NCBI GenBank assembly: GCA_963793425.1
Contig: CAWCAG010000005.1
Span: 1,376,001-1,440,000 of the forward strand
Direction of reading: 5' to 3'
Length of the DNA stretch: 64,000 nucleotides
Origin: an uncultured cyanobacterium
GTDB taxonomy: Bacteria; Cyanobacteriota; Cyanobacteriia; Cyanobacteriales; CAWCAG01
Shown here piece by piece: positions 61,403 to 64,000 of this stretch. Position numbers and translations under genes: made by a program. Numbering within the stretch: position 1 is the stretch's first letter; each line of letters starts with the position of its first letter. The notes below the pieces were generated by a model, which was not told the origin of the DNA, did no database searches, and saw only the letters and a program-made list of their open reading frames with translations.

Positions 61403-63328
61403 TTAGGGTCTGGGGAACTTAGAAGGAGAGGGAAAGTTCATCACAGGCTCGTTTTTGAGGGCTTCACTCATAAAGCGTCGCCAAATTGGTGCTGCTTGTC
61501 CACCTCCTGTAACTCCCCCTCCCATGGGGCTGTTATTGTCATTACCAATCCACACTGCTACAGAAAGTTGAGGGACATAACCCACAAACCAAACATCTCT
61601 TTCTGAGGAGGTTGTCCCAGTTTTTCCGGCTGCTGGCCTGCCTATTTGGGCTTTGGTTCCGGTTCCCCCACTAATTACCCCTGTTAAGATACTGGTAAGA
61701 GAAGCTGTTGCCCAAGGGTCGAGGATCAATTTCGGTTCTGGGGTATTATCTAACAACACAGTGCCACTACTATCAGTAACTCGGAAAATAATTGTGGGGT
61801 CAGAGTGCCAACCGTTGCTAGCAAAAGTAGCATAGGCTCCTGCCATTTCTAACGGAGTAACGCCGATAGCACCTAAAGGCAAAGACACTACTGGTTCTAA
61901 GGGGCTTTTAATTCCCAAGGCACGACAGACTTCAATTACTTTATCTAACCCTACCGCTTTACCCATTTTCACCGCCGGAACATTGGCAGACTGAATTAAG
62001 GCATTACGGATACTCATTGCTCCGGAATAACCACCACCGTAGTTTTTGGGAGAATAATAGGCCCCTCCATCTCTATATCTTACTGGAGTATCCATAACAG
62101 TAGAGTAGGGGGTGTATTTCCCGGAAGCGAAGGCAGTATAGTAAACAAAAGGTTTAAAGGAAGAACCAGGCTGACGGCGGGCTTGAATTGCTCGGTTATA
62201 CTGGCTTTTTTCGTAACTAGAGCCACCCACCAGGGCTTTAACAAAATGGGTACGGGGATCAACTGCAGCTAGGGCAATTTGGTCAGAAAAGCCGCTAACG
62301 CCACGATGAGAGCCTTGGACAACTTCCTCAGCTTTTTTCTGGAAGTTATAATCGATAGTGGTTTGAACCCGCATCCCTCCTTTCACCACAGCATCCTTAC
62401 CAAAACGTTCTGTCAATTCAGAAATGACTGCTTCTGTGATATAAGGTAGTTCAATACCTTGCCAAGCAGTGGGTTTCCCAATTAATAAGGGTTCTTTTTG
62501 GGCGGCTTCGGCTTCTTGGGTGCTAATCCACCCCAACTTTTCCATTCGCTCAAGAACTGCTGCCTGTCTACTCTTGGTGTTTTCGTATTTGATAAAAGGA
62601 CTGTATTCTTCTGGGGCTTGGATCAACCCTGCCATAACTGCTGATTCTGCTAAGTCCAACTCGGAAGCAGATTTACCAAAGTAACTTTGAGCTGCAGTTT
62701 CTACACCGTAACTATTATGTCCCCAATAAATGCCATTGAGGTACATTTCAAGAATTTGATCTTTGGTGAAAATTTGTTCTAAGCGAATCGCCAGTACAGC
62801 TTCTGCTAGTTTGCGGTTGAAGCTTCTTTCGCGGGATAAAAAGAGGTTTTTGACCAACTGCATGGTAATTGTCGAACCACCTTCGACAATACCCCCTTGA
62901 CGGTAGTTAGCAACTAAAGCCCGTCCGACACTATTGGGGTTAATCCCTTGGTGGAGGTAAAAGTGGCTATCTTCAATTGCCAATACTGCCCTTTTCAAAT
63001 TTGGGGAAATCTTCTCTAGCTTAACGACTTCACGGTTGGCTTCTCCATGAATACTAGCTAAAGATTTACCCTTAATATCATAAATATAAGTAGTTTCCGT
63101 GGGGGCATAGTTACGTAATAACCGCACATCAGGGAGGTTACGAAAGCTAACTGCTAAACCAACTAACCCTCCGGCAATAACAGAACTCCCCAACATGGTA
63201 ATGCCGAGTAAAGTTCCTCCCGTTGCCTTAACTATCCCCTTGGTAAAACTTGTGACAGGGGAAGTAGAAGGCTTTTTCTCCTTTCTCTTTTCCGGTTTTT
63301 GTTTTTGTCGAATAGTACTGGACGACAC
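61403..63328 (-). CDS. Class A penicillin-binding protein (PBP1A family)
   Basis: EDSHF..H.G, GGSTITMQL, RKLAE; SSFK, SAN, KTG. Confidence 0.93.
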   Translation of the reverse strand: MSSSTIRQKQKPEKRKEKKPSTSPVTSFTKGIVKATGGTLLGITMLGSSVIAGGLVGLAVSFRNLPDVRLLRNYAPTETTYIYDIKGKSLASIHGEANREVVKLEKISPNLKRAVLAIEDSHFYLHQGINPNSVGRALVANYRQGGIVEGGSTITMQLVKNLFLSRERSFNRKLAEAVLAIRLEQIFTKDQILEMYLNGIYWGHNSYGVETAAQSYFGKSASELDLAESAVMAGLIQAPEEYSPFIKYENTKSRQAAVLERMEKLGWISTQEAEAAQKEPLLIGKPTAWQGIELPYITEAVISELTERFGKDAVVKGGMRVQTTIDYNFQKKAEEVVQGSHRGVSGFSDQIALAAVDPRTHFVKALVGGSSYEKSQYNRAIQARRQPGSSFKPFVYYTAFASGKYTPYSTVMDTPVRYRDGGAYYSPKNYGGGYSGAMSIRNALIQSANVPAVKMGKAVGLDKVIEVCRALGIKSPLEPVVSLPLGAIGVTPLEMAGAYATFASNGWHSDPTIIFRVTDSSGTVLLDNTPEPKLILDPWATASLTSILTGVISGGTGTKAQIGRPAAGKTGTTSSERDVWFVGYVPQLSVAVWIGNDNNSPMGGGVTGGGQAAPIWRRFMSEALKNEPVMNFPSPSKFPRP

Positions 63329-63713
63329 GGTGATTTCACTTCCTCACATCAGAACAAAGACTAACAGCGCTACAGTAGACAAGGGACGAAGCTTCAGGAT
63401 ATAAAATTACTCCTGAGTTAATTTGCTGTTTTGAGCGTGTAGATTACCTGATTTAATTGTTCGCTGCAAATGCTGCTTGAACCTTGGCATTTTGTAGTGC
63501 ATAGTATGGTTTGAGTATTAAGTATACAGTCCATATCCAGTAAGATAAAGGGAATTAAACTAGTAGTAGACTACAGAAGTTCAACTTCTTAAAATTTGTT
63601 TGGTCAAAAGTTAGGAAACTAGTTGCTGTTGAATTTGTTGGTACAAATGTAATAGCAAATGAGAAACCCTGCTCAACTATCCAGCTATTTTAGTTTAATT
63701 ATTTCTAATCTAA

Positions 63714-64000
63714 ATGTCTTCTTTATCTCAAAATCAAGATTTTGCTTGGCTTTATCGGGGAACTAGTGAAATTTTTCCTCATCAACCAGATAGTCAAGAT
63801 CAGAGCGAAAATTTAGTTCAACGTCTGATTGCAAGCGATCGCCCTTTGCGAGTTAAGCTAGGAATTGATCCTACTGGTACAGATTTACACTTGGGTCATA
63901 GTATACCTTTTCGCAAGTTACGAGCTTTCCAAGATGCGGGCCATACAGCCGTAGTTATCATTGGTGATTTTACGGCCCAGATTGGTGATCCAACCGGAAA
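63714..64000 (+). CDS. tyrS: Tyrosine-tRNA ligase, 5' part
   Basis: Manual translation [20 protein letters not shown]...[14 protein letters not shown]; runs off the window. Confidence 0.93.
   Translation, partial: MSSLSQNQDFAWLYRGTSEIFPHQPDSQDQSENLVQRLIASDRPLRVKLGIDPTGTDLHLGHSIPFRKLRAFQDAGHTAVVIIGDFTAQIGDPTG

Noticed and set aside
1..64000. tRNA, rRNA, CRISPR arrays, integrase/transposase genes, NtcA boxes
   Set aside because: None recognised by eye; candidate GTA-N8-TAC sites checked had the wrong spacing.

Overview
Cyanobacterial chromosome segment, identified by chlH, frequent HIP1 GCGATCGC sites, Uma2, XisH and heptamer STRR repeats. Bases 1-21 kb hold a surface-glycan cluster: a sulfotransferase with a 7x21-bp coiled-coil repeat, wzm, GT2 glycosyltransferases, a methyltransferase, a CDP-tyvelose pathway lacking rfbI, a GtrB-like plus GT-C-like pair, and rfbD/A/C. 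Next come toxin-antitoxin remnants, chlH, a frameshifted LpxB-like gene, and two tandem HD-domain paralogues beside a 1803-aa Ser/Thr kinase-ATPase-GAF-adenylate cyclase. The best candidate for an undescribed system lies at about 36.6-40.4 kb. It is a DNA-base/nucleotide-modification cassette: an internally deleted thymidylate-synthase-like gene, an aGPT-Pplase1/amino acid:DNA transferase-like gene, MazG+MazG-C, and DUF1643. Two nested pairs of direct repeats bracket it, each beginning at a HIP1 site. The rest is mostly housekeeping (rodA, mrp, cimA, msrA, uvrB, moeA, ispE, rsmA, PBP1A, 5' tyrS), plus an orphan flavin-dependent halogenase, a miniature IS200/IS605 scar and several genes with internal deletions. 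All family calls come from motif recognition by eye; no database search was run.
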